Assembly: GCA_963837055.1 (NCBI GenBank) | Contig: CAWILU010000003.1 | Location: forward strand, 71,524-135,523 | Direction: 5' to 3' | Length of the DNA stretch: 64,000 bases | Source of the DNA: an uncultured Acidobacteriota bacterium | Lineage (GTDB): Bacteria; Actinomycetota; Acidimicrobiia; Spongiisociales; ZC4RG35 | Shown here: positions 28,968 to 38,499 of the stretch, piece after piece | How positions within the stretch are numbered: position 1 is the first letter of the stretch | Layout: each line of letters begins with the position of its first letter | Program-made: the position numbers and the translations under genes | Notes under the pieces: generated by a model | Databases searched by the model: none | Seen by the model: the letters and a program-made list of their open reading frames with translations, nothing else | What the model was told of the DNA's origin: nothing

Positions 28968-30257
28968 TCAGGCCGGCAGCAGCAGTGCCCGAGCCTCACC
29001 GACCAGATACAGCGATCCGGCAACCAGCACTGCCCCGTCATGCCCGGCCTCGGCGCGGGCCATGTCGAGCGCGAGCTCAACGTCGTCTGCCTCGAGCACC
29101 GGCACGTCGACCAGCCCTCGGATTCGGTCGGCCAGCGCGGACGGTGCCACCGCTCTCTCCGATTCGGGCGCGGTGGTGATGACTCCGGCGATCAGCGGAG
29201 TCAGGCTCGCCACCATCGCCTCGACGTTCTTATCGCCCATGACTCCGAGCACCAGCTGCCATCTGGTGGTCGGGTACTCCTCTTCGAGAGATTCGGCCAG
29301 GGCCACCACACCGTCGGCGTTGTGCGCGCCATCGACCAAGACCAGCGGACGGGTGCCCAACGCCTCCATCCGTCCCGGGACCGTGGCGCCCGCCACAGCC
29401 TCGTGCACGCCTTCGTGATCGAGCTTCCTGCCAAGGAGCGCCTCGGTCGCGGCCACGGCGCTGGCGAGGTTGGCCAACTGATATCGACCGTGAAGGGGCA
29501 AGAAGAGGTCCTCATAGGTGTCCTCGGCCCCTGCGATCGTGACTACCCACCCGCCGACGCCCCGCTCCGAGTCGAGCACCGAGAAGTCCTTCCCATAGTG
29601 CCGGTGGTGGATTCCCAGCTCACGCGCCCTGGCGTCGGCGACTTCCACGACCGCGTCGGAAAGCGGCCCGCTGATGAGAATCGAATTCGGACCGGCGATG
29701 GCGAGCTTCTCTCCCGCAATGGTCGCGACGTCGTGACCCAGATACTCGGTGTGCTCGATGCCGATGCTGGTCAGCACGCATACCTCGGCGTCGACCACAT
29801 TGGTCGCGTCCAATCGGCCGCCCAAGCCGACTTCGAGAACGGCCGCGTTGACCGCTTGGTCTGCGAAAAGGGCAAATGCGGCGGCGGTGGTGAGCTCGAA
29901 ATAGGTGTTGGGGTCGGCCCCCGCCTCTGCCCGCACTTCGGCAAAGGCCGCCACGTCGGATACGGCAAGGGCGAACTCTTCCTTCGTGGCCGCCCGCCCG
30001 TTGATCGAGAGCCGCTCCTCGACTCGTTGAAGATGGGGCGAGATGTAGGTGCCGGTGTTGAGACCGTGGGCGACGAGCAACAACGTGGCGAAGCGGGCCG
30101 TGGACGTCTTGCCGTTTGTCCCGGCTACGTGGATGATCGGGTATCCCTGGTCGGGCCGGCCCATGTAGTCGAGAAGCTCCTCCATGCGCTCCAGACCGGG
30201 CTTGATCCCGTGCGCGATGTGGCCGTCCAGGTAGTCGAGTGCTTCGAGGTAGTCCAT
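28968..30257 (-). CDS. folC: bifunctional folylpolyglutamate synthase / dihydrofolate synthase
   Basis: [16 protein letters not shown]-loop and Mur-ligase-family architecture. 429 aa. Confidence 0.9.
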   Translation of the reverse strand: MDYLEALDYLDGHIAHGIKPGLERMEELLDYMGRPDQGYPIIHVAGTNGKTSTARFATLLLVAHGLNTGTYISPHLQRVEERLSINGRAATKEEFALAVSDVAAFAEVRAEAGADPNTYFELTTAAAFALFADQAVNAAVLEVGLGGRLDATNVVDAEVCVLTSIGIEHTEYLGHDVATIAGEKLAIAGPNSILISGPLSDAVVEVADARARELGIHHRHYGKDFSVLDSERGVGGWVVTIAGAEDTYEDLFLPLHGRYQLANLASAVAATEALLGRKLDHEGVHEAVAGATVPGRMEALGTRPLVLVDGAHNADGVVALAESLEEEYPTTRWQLVLGVMGDKNVEAMVASLTPLIAGVITTAPESERAVAPSALADRIRGLVDVPVLEADDVELALDMARAEAGHDGAVLVAGSLYLVGEARALLLPA

Positions 30258-30309
30258 GAAAAAGCCCCGGGAGGGTACTCCCGGGGCTTTATCGGTCTTG
30301 GACTGTCGA

Positions 30310-31347
30310 TCAGGTCTCGTCGGCCTCGTCCCTCCGGGCGCTCACCAACAGCAAGCCGCCCAGGCCGATGGCGGCGAGAGCAATTGCTGCCATGGCGCCG
30401 GTGTCGACCCCGGTGAAGGGCAACACCTCTACCCCGCCGACCTGGTCGACGGGTGGCGTTATCACCACTCCCTGAACGTTCTCTGGATCAGCGCAGATTG
30501 CGGAAGACTGCAGGTAGGAGACCGGGACAACCACGCTCGGGTTCACCTCGAACAGCACCTCAACCGTGCCCCGGGCCCAGAGGTACCCATCGTCGCCCTC
30601 TTCCCAGACACCGTCCTCCCGCAGGATCCAACCGGGCCAGTCGGGCGGGTTGGCATTGGCCCCTGGCCAGAGGACGGCCCCATTCAGCGGCTGGTCCGTG
30701 TAGACCACATCGGCCCCATTGGGATTGAGGAAGGTGATCGTCGCCGACCCCCCACCTGGGTATGCGATGTCGTAGCTGAGGTAGGGGATGTCGTTGAAGC
30801 ACTCCGCACCCACCGCGGCAATATCGAGCGGTGGAGCGATTCCGGGCGGAGCCGTGGTGGAGGTGGTCGTGGTGGAACTGGTCGTGGTGGACGAGGTGGT
30901 GGTACTCGACGTGCCCGCTACGCAGTCATCGTCTTTGGGATCTTCCTCGTCGCAATCAGGCTCCTCACAGTCATCATGGCCGGCTCCAAGAGCCTGAACC
31001 GCACCCTCAGGACACTCCGGCTCCTCACAGTCATCATGGCCGGCTCCCAGAGCCTGAACCGCACCCTCAGGACACTCCGGCTCCTCACAGTCATCATGGC
31101 CGGCTCCAAGAGCCTGAACCGCACCCTCAGGACACTCCGGCTCCTCACAGTCATCATGGCCGGCTCCAAGGGCCTGAACATCACCTTGTTGTTGGTCGTC
31201 GCAAACGTCGTCATGTTGAGGGCTACTGGAGTTCTGCCCGGTGGTCGCGGAGGCCGTCCCGGAAAGGACGATCGACAACGACCAGACGAGGATCAGAGCC
31301 ATCATCATTGCGACGAAAAAGCGCACCCGTCGCACACTCACCCGCAT
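30310..31347 (-). CDS. LPXTG-type (LPFTG) cell-wall-anchored surface protein with Cys/acidic tandem repeats
   Basis: Signal peptide MRVSVRRVRFFVAMMMALILVWSLSIVLSGTASA. About 3.6 copies of GAVQALGAGHDDCEEPECPE, a Ser/Thr linker, a ~170-aa globular domain, then LPFTG, a TM helix and RRDEADET. The start could also be 31356 or 31407. Confidence 0.8.
   Translation of the reverse strand: MRVSVRRVRFFVAMMMALILVWSLSIVLSGTASATTGQNSSSPQHDDVCDDQQQGDVQALGAGHDDCEEPECPEGAVQALGAGHDDCEEPECPEGAVQALGAGHDDCEEPECPEGAVQALGAGHDDCEEPDCDEEDPKDDDCVAGTSSTTTSSTTTSSTTTTSTTAPPGIAPPLDIAAVGAECFNDIPYLSYDIAYPGGGSATITFLNPNGADVVYTDQPLNGAVLWPGANANPPDWPGWILREDGVWEEGDDGYLWARGTVEVLFEVNPSVVVPVSYLQSSAICADPENVQGVVITPPVDQVGGVEVLPFTGVDTGAMAAIALAAIGLGGLLLVSARRDEADET
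30961..31178. repeat. 60-bp tandem repeat, 3.6 copies, inside the LPFTG gene
   Basis: Units at 30961, 31021 and 31081 are identical except for one synonymous change at 31048. A fourth partial unit runs 31141-31178. The period is 60 nt (20 aa). Confidence 0.95.
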
Positions 31348-31570
31348 GAATCCCATCCCTTCATTGCGCGTAGGACGGGCCGGTCTCACCACTGGCTTCC
31401 CCAACACCCAGGTGACCGCCTTACAGGTGCGGGATCAACGCCTCCCTATTCCCCTTCATGACCCACCGCCCGAGGAGGGTCGTTCGAACAGTAACGACCT
31501 CGCGTGTCAGGACGTCGCCAATGACGCACATTCACCCACATGCGCTAGTCCCTGCGGTGATCGGGCGAAG

Positions 31571-32833
31571 CTAGGCCGATTTCTCGGCCGGGCCATCGTC
31601 CTGGCGCGCCGGCACCAGTGTCGGGTTGACCTTTTCTGCCACGACATCACGGTCGATGACGACTCTCTCGACGTCGTTGCGGGAGGGAAGGTCATACATG
31701 GTGTTCAGCAACACTTCTTCGAGGATCGCCCTCAGCCCTCGGGCACCGGTCCCTCTCTTGATTGCCTGAGCGGCGACCTCATCGAGCGAATCCGGGGTGA
31801 ATACCAACTCGACTTCGTCCATTTCGAACATGCGGGCGTACTGTCTGGTGAGAGCGTTCTTGGGCTCGGTCAAAATCCTCACCAGTGCGTCCATGTCGAG
31901 GTCCTCGACTGTCGCCATCACGGGGAGACGGCCGATGAACTCGGGGATGAGGCCGTACTTCATCAGGTCTTCGGGCATCACCTGATTGAGCAGGTCCGAA
32001 GGGCGGCCATCGGACTTGCCCCGGACCTCTGCGCCAAACCCGACACCACGTCTGCCGACTCGGTTGGCGATGATGTCCTCGAGGCCCCCGAAGGCGCCAG
32101 CGCAGATGAACAAGATGTTGGTGGTGTCGAGCTGGATGAACTCCTGGTGGGGATGTTTGCGCCCACCCTGGGGCGGCACCGAGGCGACGGTGCCCTCCAG
32201 GATCTTGAGAAGGGCCTGCTGCACGCCCTCCCCGGAGACATCTCGGGTGATCGAAGGGTTCTCGGCCTTTCGAGACACCTTGTCGATCTCGTCGATGTAG
32301 ATGATCCCCTGCTGGGCCCGGTTGACGTCATAGTCGGCGGCCTGCAACAGCTTCAGCAGGATGTTCTCGACGTCCTCGCCCACATAGCCGGCCTCGGTGA
32401 GACTGGTGGCGTCGGCGATGGCAAAGGGAACGTTCAGCTGACGAGCCAGAGTCTGAGCGAGGAGGGTTTTGCCCGACCCGGTCGGCCCGATCAGCAGGAT
32501 GTTCGACTTCTGCAGCTCGACGTCCCGCTGCACCTCACCGCCCCGGATGCGCTTGTAGTGGTTGTAGACGGCGACGGAGAGCTTCTTCTTGGCATCCTCC
32601 TGCCCGACCACGTAGTCATCGAGATAGGAGTTGATCTCGACCGGCTTGGGCAGCTCGGTGAAGGTGATCTCTTCGGTGGCGGAGAACTCTTCTTCGATGA
32701 TCTCGTTGCAGAGATCTATGCATTCGTCGCAGATGTAGACGCCTGGCCCGGCGATGAGCTTCTTGACCTGCTTTTGAGACTTCCCGCAGAAGCTGCACTT
32801 GAGCAGCTCGCCGCCATCACCGAGTCGTGCCAT
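31571..32833 (-). CDS. clpX: ATP-dependent Clp protease ATP-binding subunit ClpX
   Basis: N-terminal Zn finger CSFCGKSQ...CDECI and Walker [15 protein letters not shown]. Confidence 0.96.
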   Translation of the reverse strand: MARLGDGGELLKCSFCGKSQKQVKKLIAGPGVYICDECIDLCNEIIEEEFSATEEITFTELPKPVEINSYLDDYVVGQEDAKKKLSVAVYNHYKRIRGGEVQRDVELQKSNILLIGPTGSGKTLLAQTLARQLNVPFAIADATSLTEAGYVGEDVENILLKLLQAADYDVNRAQQGIIYIDEIDKVSRKAENPSITRDVSGEGVQQALLKILEGTVASVPPQGGRKHPHQEFIQLDTTNILFICAGAFGGLEDIIANRVGRRGVGFGAEVRGKSDGRPSDLLNQVMPEDLMKYGLIPEFIGRLPVMATVEDLDMDALVRILTEPKNALTRQYARMFEMDEVELVFTPDSLDEVAAQAIKRGTGARGLRAILEEVLLNTMYDLPSRNDVERVVIDRDVVAEKVNPTLVPARQDDGPAEKSA

Positions 32834-32849
32834 CGAGTTATGGACCTCC

Positions 32850-33473
32850 TTACTTGGAGGCTACCGCCGCAAGCTCTCGACGGGTGAGAATTCCGTCGAT
32901 GACCCCGTAGTCCTTGGCCTCGGCGGCCAGCATCCAGTAGTCACGCTCTGTGTCCGTCGCGATCTTCTCCAACTCCTGGCCGGTGTGCTCGGCGAGGATC
33001 TGGTTCAACGACTCCCGCATCTGCACGATGAGCCTGGCCTGGATCTCGATGTCCGATGCCTGGCCCTGGGCGCCTCCGTGCGGCTGATGGAGCATCACTC
33101 GGGCATGGGGCAGGGCATAGCGTTTGCCCTCCGCCCCGCCGGCGAGGATCACGGCCGCAGCCGAGGCGGCCATCCCCATGCACACCGTGTTCACCTCTGG
33201 CTTGATGTATTGCATCGTGTCGTAGATCGCGAACAACGAAGTGATCGACCCGCCTGGCGAGTTGATGTAGAGGAATATGTCCTTGTCGGGGTCCTCTGAC
33301 TCGAGATGGAGAAGCTGGGCCATGATCAGGTTGGCGATCGTGTCGTCGATCGGCGTGCCCAAGAAGATGATTCGATCCTTGAGCAGACGGCTGTAGATAT
33401 CGAAATAGCGCTCACCCCTGCTGGTCTGCTCGAAGACTGTGGGGATCACGTAGTTCTGGAATTGGTCGCTCAT
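32850..33473 (-). CDS. clpP: ATP-dependent Clp protease proteolytic subunit ClpP
   Basis: [19 protein letters not shown]...[11 protein letters not shown]...MLHQP. The start overlaps the tig stop as ATGA. Confidence 0.95.
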   Translation of the reverse strand: MSDQFQNYVIPTVFEQTSRGERYFDIYSRLLKDRIIFLGTPIDDTIANLIMAQLLHLESEDPDKDIFLYINSPGGSITSLFAIYDTMQYIKPEVNTVCMGMAASAAAVILAGGAEGKRYALPHARVMLHQPHGGAQGQASDIEIQARLIVQMRESLNQILAEHTGQELEKIATDTERDYWMLAAEAKDYGVIDGILTRRELAAVASK

Positions 33474-34905
33474 TCTTCTTCCTCCGCCGCGATGGCTAAC
33501 ACTTCGCCCATTGGCACTTCGCCGACCAGCACTTCGCCCTCCGGGATGTCCCCGACCGGCTCGGCCTCGACGATCTCTGCCTCGACTTCCGTCACACTCA
33601 GTTTCAAATCGATCGGGTTGCCGTCTTCGTCGACTGGGTTCGCTGCCGAGAGGATGGCGTCCAACGCCCTGTTTCGGAGAATATCACCGGCCAGTGCCAA
33701 TTCCCGGCCGCTTTGCCGGAAGGCCCGTAAGTAGGCGACCGGATCCCCGGACCGGGCGGCCAGCTCCTGGATCACCGACGAGACATCTTCGGGGGTCACA
33801 TCGATGCCGGCATCCTTGGCCACGGCTTCGAGGACCAGCTGGTTTCGCAGGGAGAGCTCGGCCTGTTGGCGGAGGTCTTCGAGGAACTGCTCCTGGCTGA
33901 TGCCGGAGGCTTGGAAGTAATCGTCGAGGGTCAGCTCATTCTCTTCGAGTCGGTGGACGAAGCGATGGAGATGGTCGTCCATCTCCGAGCGGACCAGCGC
34001 CTCGGGGAGGAGGATCTGCACCTGCTCGACGAGTGTGGTCAGCGCCCGTTCCGCGAATTGTCGTGAGATCGGACTGAAGCTTGGCTTCGCCGAAGCGCGT
34101 CTCCAGCTCGGTTCGGAGATCCCCGACGGTGTCGAACTCCGTGTTCTCGTCGACCCATACGTCGTCGAGCTCGGGCAGGATGCGCTCCTTCACTTCGTTG
34201 ACGGTGACTTCGAAGGTGACGTCCTCGCCGGCGCGATCACCGAACCCTTCCGGGAGCTGGGCGTCGAACGTGAAGACCGTCTCGGGCTCGGCACCCTCGA
34301 GCCGTTCATCGATGCCGTCGATGAAAAGGCCGGAGCCCACCTCATAGAGCAGATCGGCGGCGGTCGCCCCTTCCACCGGTTCCCCGTCCTTGGTCGCCTT
34401 GACGTCGACCGAGACGAAGTCACCGAGCGTGGCCGGGCGGTTGGCTTCCTCGACCGTCGCGAACTGTTCGAGCATGCGTTCGATCTGCATCTCGAGCTCC
34501 TCGGGCGTCACCTCCGGTGAGTCGACCTCCACATTCCGGTCGCGATAATTGGGTAGCTCGATGCTCCGGCCAGAGAGTGACCTTGATCTCCACCTCGACC
34601 CCGCCGTCCACGTCGTTGAGCGATTCGAGCTGGGGCGTAACCGCCGGACGTAGCTCTTCCTCGGTGAGGATCTCGCTGAGCGCCGGCGGGACGAGGTCAT
34701 CGATGACTTCACTGCGGAGGCGGTCGGTGCCAACCGCCGCCTCGATCACCGGGAGCGGCGCTTTGCCGGGACGGAAGCCTTTCAGCTTCATGTCCTGAGA
34801 GAGCTTGCGGGCGGTAGCTGCCTTGCCGGCAGTGATCTGGTCGTCGCTCAGCTGAAATGTGACCAGACGCTCGAACGGGCCGGTCTCGGTGACGGTTGTT
34901 GGCAT
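33470..34905 (-). pseudogene. tig: trigger factor, split over three frames by two 1-nt indels
   Basis: N-terminus from the ATG at 34905 (AGGAAG RBS): MPTTVTETGPFERLVTFQL...KLKGFRPGKAP...VTLWPE. The middle part is in the frame of ORF 33936..34733 (IELPNYRDRNVEV...FEVTVNEVKERILPELDD). The C-terminus is in the frame of ORF 33470..34021 (...LLPEALVRSEMDDHL...). Junctions lie near 34560-34572 and 34049-34056. Confidence 0.85.
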
Positions 34906-34979
34906 TGTCTTCCTGGTTGTCTGTCCAAATACCCGGTACTGAGTACCAAGTACGTGACCGCCCCTGCGGGCGGTCAACG

Positions 34980-35058
34980 TGGGGTGACCGACGGGATTCG
35001 AACCCGCGACTTCCTGGACCACAACCAGGTGCTCTAACCGGGCTGAGCTACGGCCACC
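34980..35058 (-). tRNA. tRNA-His (anticodon GTG), with G-1 and encoded CCA
   Basis: The minus strand reads GGUGGCCGUAGCUCAGCCCGGUUAGAGCACCUGGUUGUGGUCCAGGAAGUCGCGGGUUCGAAUCCCGUCGGUCACCCCA. Anticodon loop UUGUGGU. The extra 5' G pairs with C73. Confidence 0.9.
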
Positions 35059-35083
35059 ATGTCTTCGAATGGGTCTTCCCTTG

Positions 35084-35157
35084 CGCCCCCGGGAGGACTC
35101 GAACCCCCAACCTGCGGATTAGAAGTCCGCCGCTCTATCCAATTGAGCTACAGGGGC
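35084..35157 (-). tRNA. tRNA-Arg (anticodon TCT)
   Basis: The minus strand reads GCCCCUGUAGCUCAAUUGGAUAGAGCGGCGGACUUCUAAUCCGCAGGUUGGGGGUUCGAGUCCUCCCGGGGGCG. Anticodon loop CUUCUAA. Confidence 0.9.
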
Positions 35158-35194
35158 GAGGGCCAGGTCTGTCCCCGGAGGGCTTACCCATTCG

Positions 35195-35266
<72 letters not shown>

Positions 35267-35290
35267 GGACGAGACATTCTACGGTCCCAG

Positions 35291-35364
35291 TCGGGCTGGT
35301 CGGACTCGAACCGACGACCTCTTGCTCCCAAAGCAAGCGCGCTACCAAGCTGCGCCACAGCCCG
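35291..35364 (-). tRNA. tRNA-Pro (anticodon TGG)
   Basis: The minus strand reads CGGGCUGUGGCGCAGCUUGGUAGCGCGCUUGCUUUGGGAGCAAGAGGUCGUCGGUUCGAGUCCGACCAGCCCGA. Anticodon loop UUUGGGA. Confidence 0.9.
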
Positions 35365-35472
35365 TTGATCGGGTCAGGGTACTTCGCACCCAATTCCTGT
35401 CCCACCCCATTCGTATCGTCGAACCATGGAGGTGGGGACCGATTTTATGACCGGATCGCCTCATGGGACTAC

Positions 35473-36158
35473 ATGTCCCGCTGGGAGCGGTCCGAGCTGG
35501 GAAAGGACCTTCGCCGCCTCGGACTCTCCTACGGCGAGATCATGGATCTGATTTCGGTGAAGAAGTCCACCCTGGCCACCTGGTGCCGGGATGTGATGCT
35601 GAGCGAGGAGCAATACAGAGCGATTCGAAATCGGACTGGCTCGCGGGAAGGGATTCCGAGGGACACGAACCGAAAACGGCGCCAACAGATCGCTGAGATC
35701 AGGGAACGCGCCAGACGGCGTGTTCCGATTCTGATCGATGATCCGCTTTGGGTCGCGGGAACGATGCTCTACTGGGCCGAGGGTGCCAAGACGCCCGGCA
35801 GCCTGAGCGTGGCAAACGCAGACCCACGCGCCTTGAGGCTTTCGTCGCTTGGGTGCGGACATATCTCCGGCAGGACGCTCAGTTCTCTCTGCATCTTCAC
35901 CTTCATGAGGGAAATGACGAACCATCGGCGCGTGCTCATTGGATAGACGAAACCGGCCTGATCGCGGCGAACTTCCATCGGACCTTCATCAAGCCGGCCG
36001 GCACGGGTCACCGCAAGAACCACTTGGAGCACGGGGTCTGCACTGTCAAGCTGCGCCGACCTGCAGATCCGTGGAACATCGTGATGGAATGGATCGACAC
36101 GTTGTCTGAGCAGTTCGAGATTGACGTCCGTCCACTTAGACTTAGGTCGGGCCGCTAG
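35473..36158 (+). pseudogene. hypothetical HTH plus LAGLIDADG-like-motif protein between the two tRNA groups, with a frameshift near 35830-35840
   Basis: Frame A: MSRWERSELGKDLRRLGLSYGEIMDLISVKKSTLATWCRDV...PLWVAGTMLYWAEGAKTPGSLSVANADPRAL. Frame B continues (E)AFVAWVRTYLRQDAQFSLHLHLHEGND...GVCTVKL... to a TAG at 36156-36158. Restoring one G in ttgagg joins the two frames. The last 10 nt overlap the 5' end of tRNA-Lys. Confidence 0.5.
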
Positions 36159-36225
36159 CTCAATTGGCTAGAGCAGGACCCTCTTAAGGTCAAGGTTGTG
36201 GGTTCGAGTCCCACGCGGCCTACCA
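36149..36225 (+). tRNA. tRNA-Lys (anticodon CTT), CCA encoded
   Basis: GGGCCGCUAGCUCAAUUGGCUAGAGCAGGACCCUCUUAAGGUCAAGGUUGUGGGUUCGAGUCCCACGCGGCCUACCA. Anticodon loop CUCUUAA. Confidence 0.9.
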
Positions 36226-36227
36226 CC

Positions 36228-36253
36228 AAGCCCTCGGCCAGCCCCGAGGGCTT
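36228..36253 (+). terminator. 10-bp stem-loop immediately after tRNA-Lys
   Basis: AAGCCCTCGG-ccagcc-CCGAGGGCTT, followed by GTTCAAT (weak U-tract). Confidence 0.45.
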
Positions 36254-36279
36254 GTTCAATGGGAGAATGATCACCACAC

Positions 36280-36364
36280 GCGGGTGTGGCGGAACTTGGC
36301 AGACGCGCAGGGTTTAGGTCCCTGTGGGCGAAAGCCCGTGGAGGTTCAAATCCTCTCACCCGCA
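36280..36364 (+). tRNA. tRNA-Leu (anticodon TAG), long variable arm, no encoded CCA
   Basis: GCGGGUGUGGCGGAACUUGGCAGACGCGCAGGGUUUAGGUCCCUGUGGGCGAAAGCCCGUGGAGGUUCAAAUCCUCUCACCCGCA. 85 nt. Anticodon loop UUUAGGU. Confidence 0.92.
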
Positions 36365-36508
36365 CAAGGCTTTTCGGTGGTGGGCGCTCGCCGCCAGAGG
36401 CCAGACTGCAACCCTTTTGCAACCATCACCGAAGAGCTGGCTTCCAAGCTCGCCCCGGGCCCCGCCGGAGTGCCGGCACAGGAAGGCTTGACGGCGAGGG
36501 AGGTGATG

Positions 36509-36667
36509 ATGGCCCAGGCCGGCTATCAGAGTCCACACGACGAGTTCGGATGGCTAAAACCGAATTTCCTCGTGGAGCAGCTCGAAGAGGGTGCCCGGCA
36601 GCGTGAGGCCGAGGCGAAGGAGTGGGCCGTCGCGATGATGCAGGACGACCTCGGCGGCAAATCGTGA
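36509..36667 (+). CDS. hypothetical small protein (52 aa)
   Basis: GAGGGAGG Shine-Dalgarno directly upstream of tandem ATGs at 36506 and 36509. MAQAGYQSPHDEFGWLKPNFLVEQLEEGARQREAEAKEW... No family recognised. Confidence 0.35.
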   Translation: MAQAGYQSPHDEFGWLKPNFLVEQLEEGARQREAEAKEWAVAMMQDDLGGKS

Positions 36668-37188
36668 GGGGTCAGGCAGTGTTCCTGGTCGACGCGGCGG
36701 GGGCCGGCAGACTGACCGTGGGAAAACGACTCAGCGTCGAACTGGATCAGAACGTCCAAGATCGGTTTGGCAAGTCTCGCCCCAGGCCCTCACCATTGCG
36801 GTACAGCCGAAGTGCTCGCTGATGGTCGGATGGCGCTGTGGATCTCGGTTCGGAGGCGGGACAATCGGCCAAGGGTTTGCTTGAGCTCGACATCCTTGAG
36901 GCGGTGCTGGTGGGACCCGAGCCGACGGTCAGGCTCCAGGTGTCGTGATACGAAGTAGCAGCGAAGTCCTTAAGAGCGAGGCTCCGAACCCCCTGCTCGG
37001 GTCGGCACCTAGGTGCGGTCTGTGTCTCTCAATCCCAGCAGCCGCCAGGTGACGAGACCGCCGAGAACCCCGACAGCGAGGGGTATGAGGATGTCGAAGT
37101 TGTTAACTTCAACTACTGGGTTTCGCGGGCGCCCCACAAGGGAAAGGAAGGCAATGCCCTCATCACTCTTGCTCTCAAGTCGGCCGCA

Positions 37189-38100
37189 TTGAAGACCGGC
37201 TTGGTACTGGGTGGTGGGGGTTTGGCCGGGGTCTCCTTCCATGCCGCCGCCCTCGCAGCATTGGAGATCGATCTCGGTTGGGATGCCCGCAGAGCGGACG
37301 TGATACTCGGAACCTCCGCCGGAGCCCTCACCGGCGCACTTCTTCGTCTCGGGGTGAGTGGCACGGATCTCGCCGCGTTCGTCTCTGGGGCGCCGCTTCC
37401 AGCCAATCACTTCCTCGTGCGCCAAGGAGTTCGGCTGCCCGAGCTGCCCCCGGTGAGATGGCAGCATTTCCTGCCTCGCCCCCGGCACATCCGTCGGCTG
37501 GGCAGCGCACTTAGGAGCCCGGCGAGCGCGCTGTTCCGTCTGCTCCCTGATGGCCAGGTCGACCTGAGGCCTCACTTCGACTTCCTCGATCACCTCGATG
37601 ACGAATGGCCTCCCGGCGACCTCCGCATCTGCGCAGTCAGCGAGGATGACCATGAGTTGGTGGTGTGGGGTGGCGGCGGCGCGGTCCATCTGACTGACGC
37701 CATCGTGGCCTCCTCCAGCATCCCCGGATATGCCACCCCCGTCGTGATTGGCGACCGGTCCTACGTCGATGGTGGTCTCCGCTCCCCGACAAACGCAGAC
37801 GTCCTCATCCACTACAACCTCGACCTAGCTCTGGTCCTCTCCCCTATGACACCGGTCTCAGGATCGAACTTGGGCCTAACCGGCATTTTGACGCGCTGGG
37901 CCGGGCGACGTTTGGCCCGCGAGGTGCGCATGTTGCGACGGGCAGGAACCGAGGTGATCGTCCTCCGCTCGCCGGCCGCGCTCGGACGGGCTGCGACGAA
38001 TCCATTTGTCTCGCTTCACAAAAGGCCTCGCGGGGCGGTTGCCGAAGCATTCCTCTCGGTTGGAGAGCAGACTCCGTTACTAGGCGAGTTGCTCGGGTAG
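37189..38100 (+). CDS. patatin-like phospholipase
   Basis: Oxyanion-hole motif LVLGGGGLAG, nucleophile elbow GTSAGA, and catalytic Asp motif YVDGGLRSPTN. 303 aa. TTG start with no obvious RBS. Confidence 0.85.
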   Translation: MKTGLVLGGGGLAGVSFHAAALAALEIDLGWDARRADVILGTSAGALTGALLRLGVSGTDLAAFVSGAPLPANHFLVRQGVRLPELPPVRWQHFLPRPRHIRRLGSALRSPASALFRLLPDGQVDLRPHFDFLDHLDDEWPPGDLRICAVSEDDHELVVWGGGGAVHLTDAIVASSSIPGYATPVVIGDRSYVDGGLRSPTNADVLIHYNLDLALVLSPMTPVSGSNLGLTGILTRWAGRRLAREVRMLRRAGTEVIVLRSPAALGRAATNPFVSLHKRPRGAVAEAFLSVGEQTPLLGELLG

Positions 38101-38499
38101 TACTCAGGCGTTTCGCAGTAGCGCCCCAAAGTAATCGAAGACTCAAGTACCGGCTCCCGTATCCCGTGCACCGCCCAGCCGGGAGGACGGCATGCCCTCC
38201 CGGCCCGGACATGTGTTCGTTCCAAGGATCTTGGCGGGCCTGCTCCGTGGCCCTGCTGAAAACGTGTCATGCACGGTGGCGCTCGTCGGGTGACTGGACC
38301 CGGAGACCCCCCGACCGGCCTGATCTTCCAGTGATTCGACGACTCGGGGGTTCCCGCTCCCGCGCCGAATCGATGTGTGGCAACGAGTCGCACACAAGTA
38401 GTCCCCAACGAGCCAACTGTTCAGAGTCCGGTCGGAAGGATTCCCCCATCGGCCCAATCGTCCGGCGATGCTCCTCCATGAAATGGACCGCCCGGGCTG

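Noticed and set aside
30957-31190. Regularly spaced 60-bp repeats as a possible CRISPR array
   Set aside because: The units are directly abutting with no spacers. They are in frame inside a signal-peptide/LPFTG protein and encode a sensible 20-aa repeat. No cas genes are present.
37009-37812. 267-aa minus-strand ORF opposite the patatin gene
   Set aside because: It is almost entirely antisense to a CDS with clear patatin motifs. Only its last ~45 codons (a hydrophobic tail, 37009-37140) lie outside that gene, and they lack an RBS and a convincing start.
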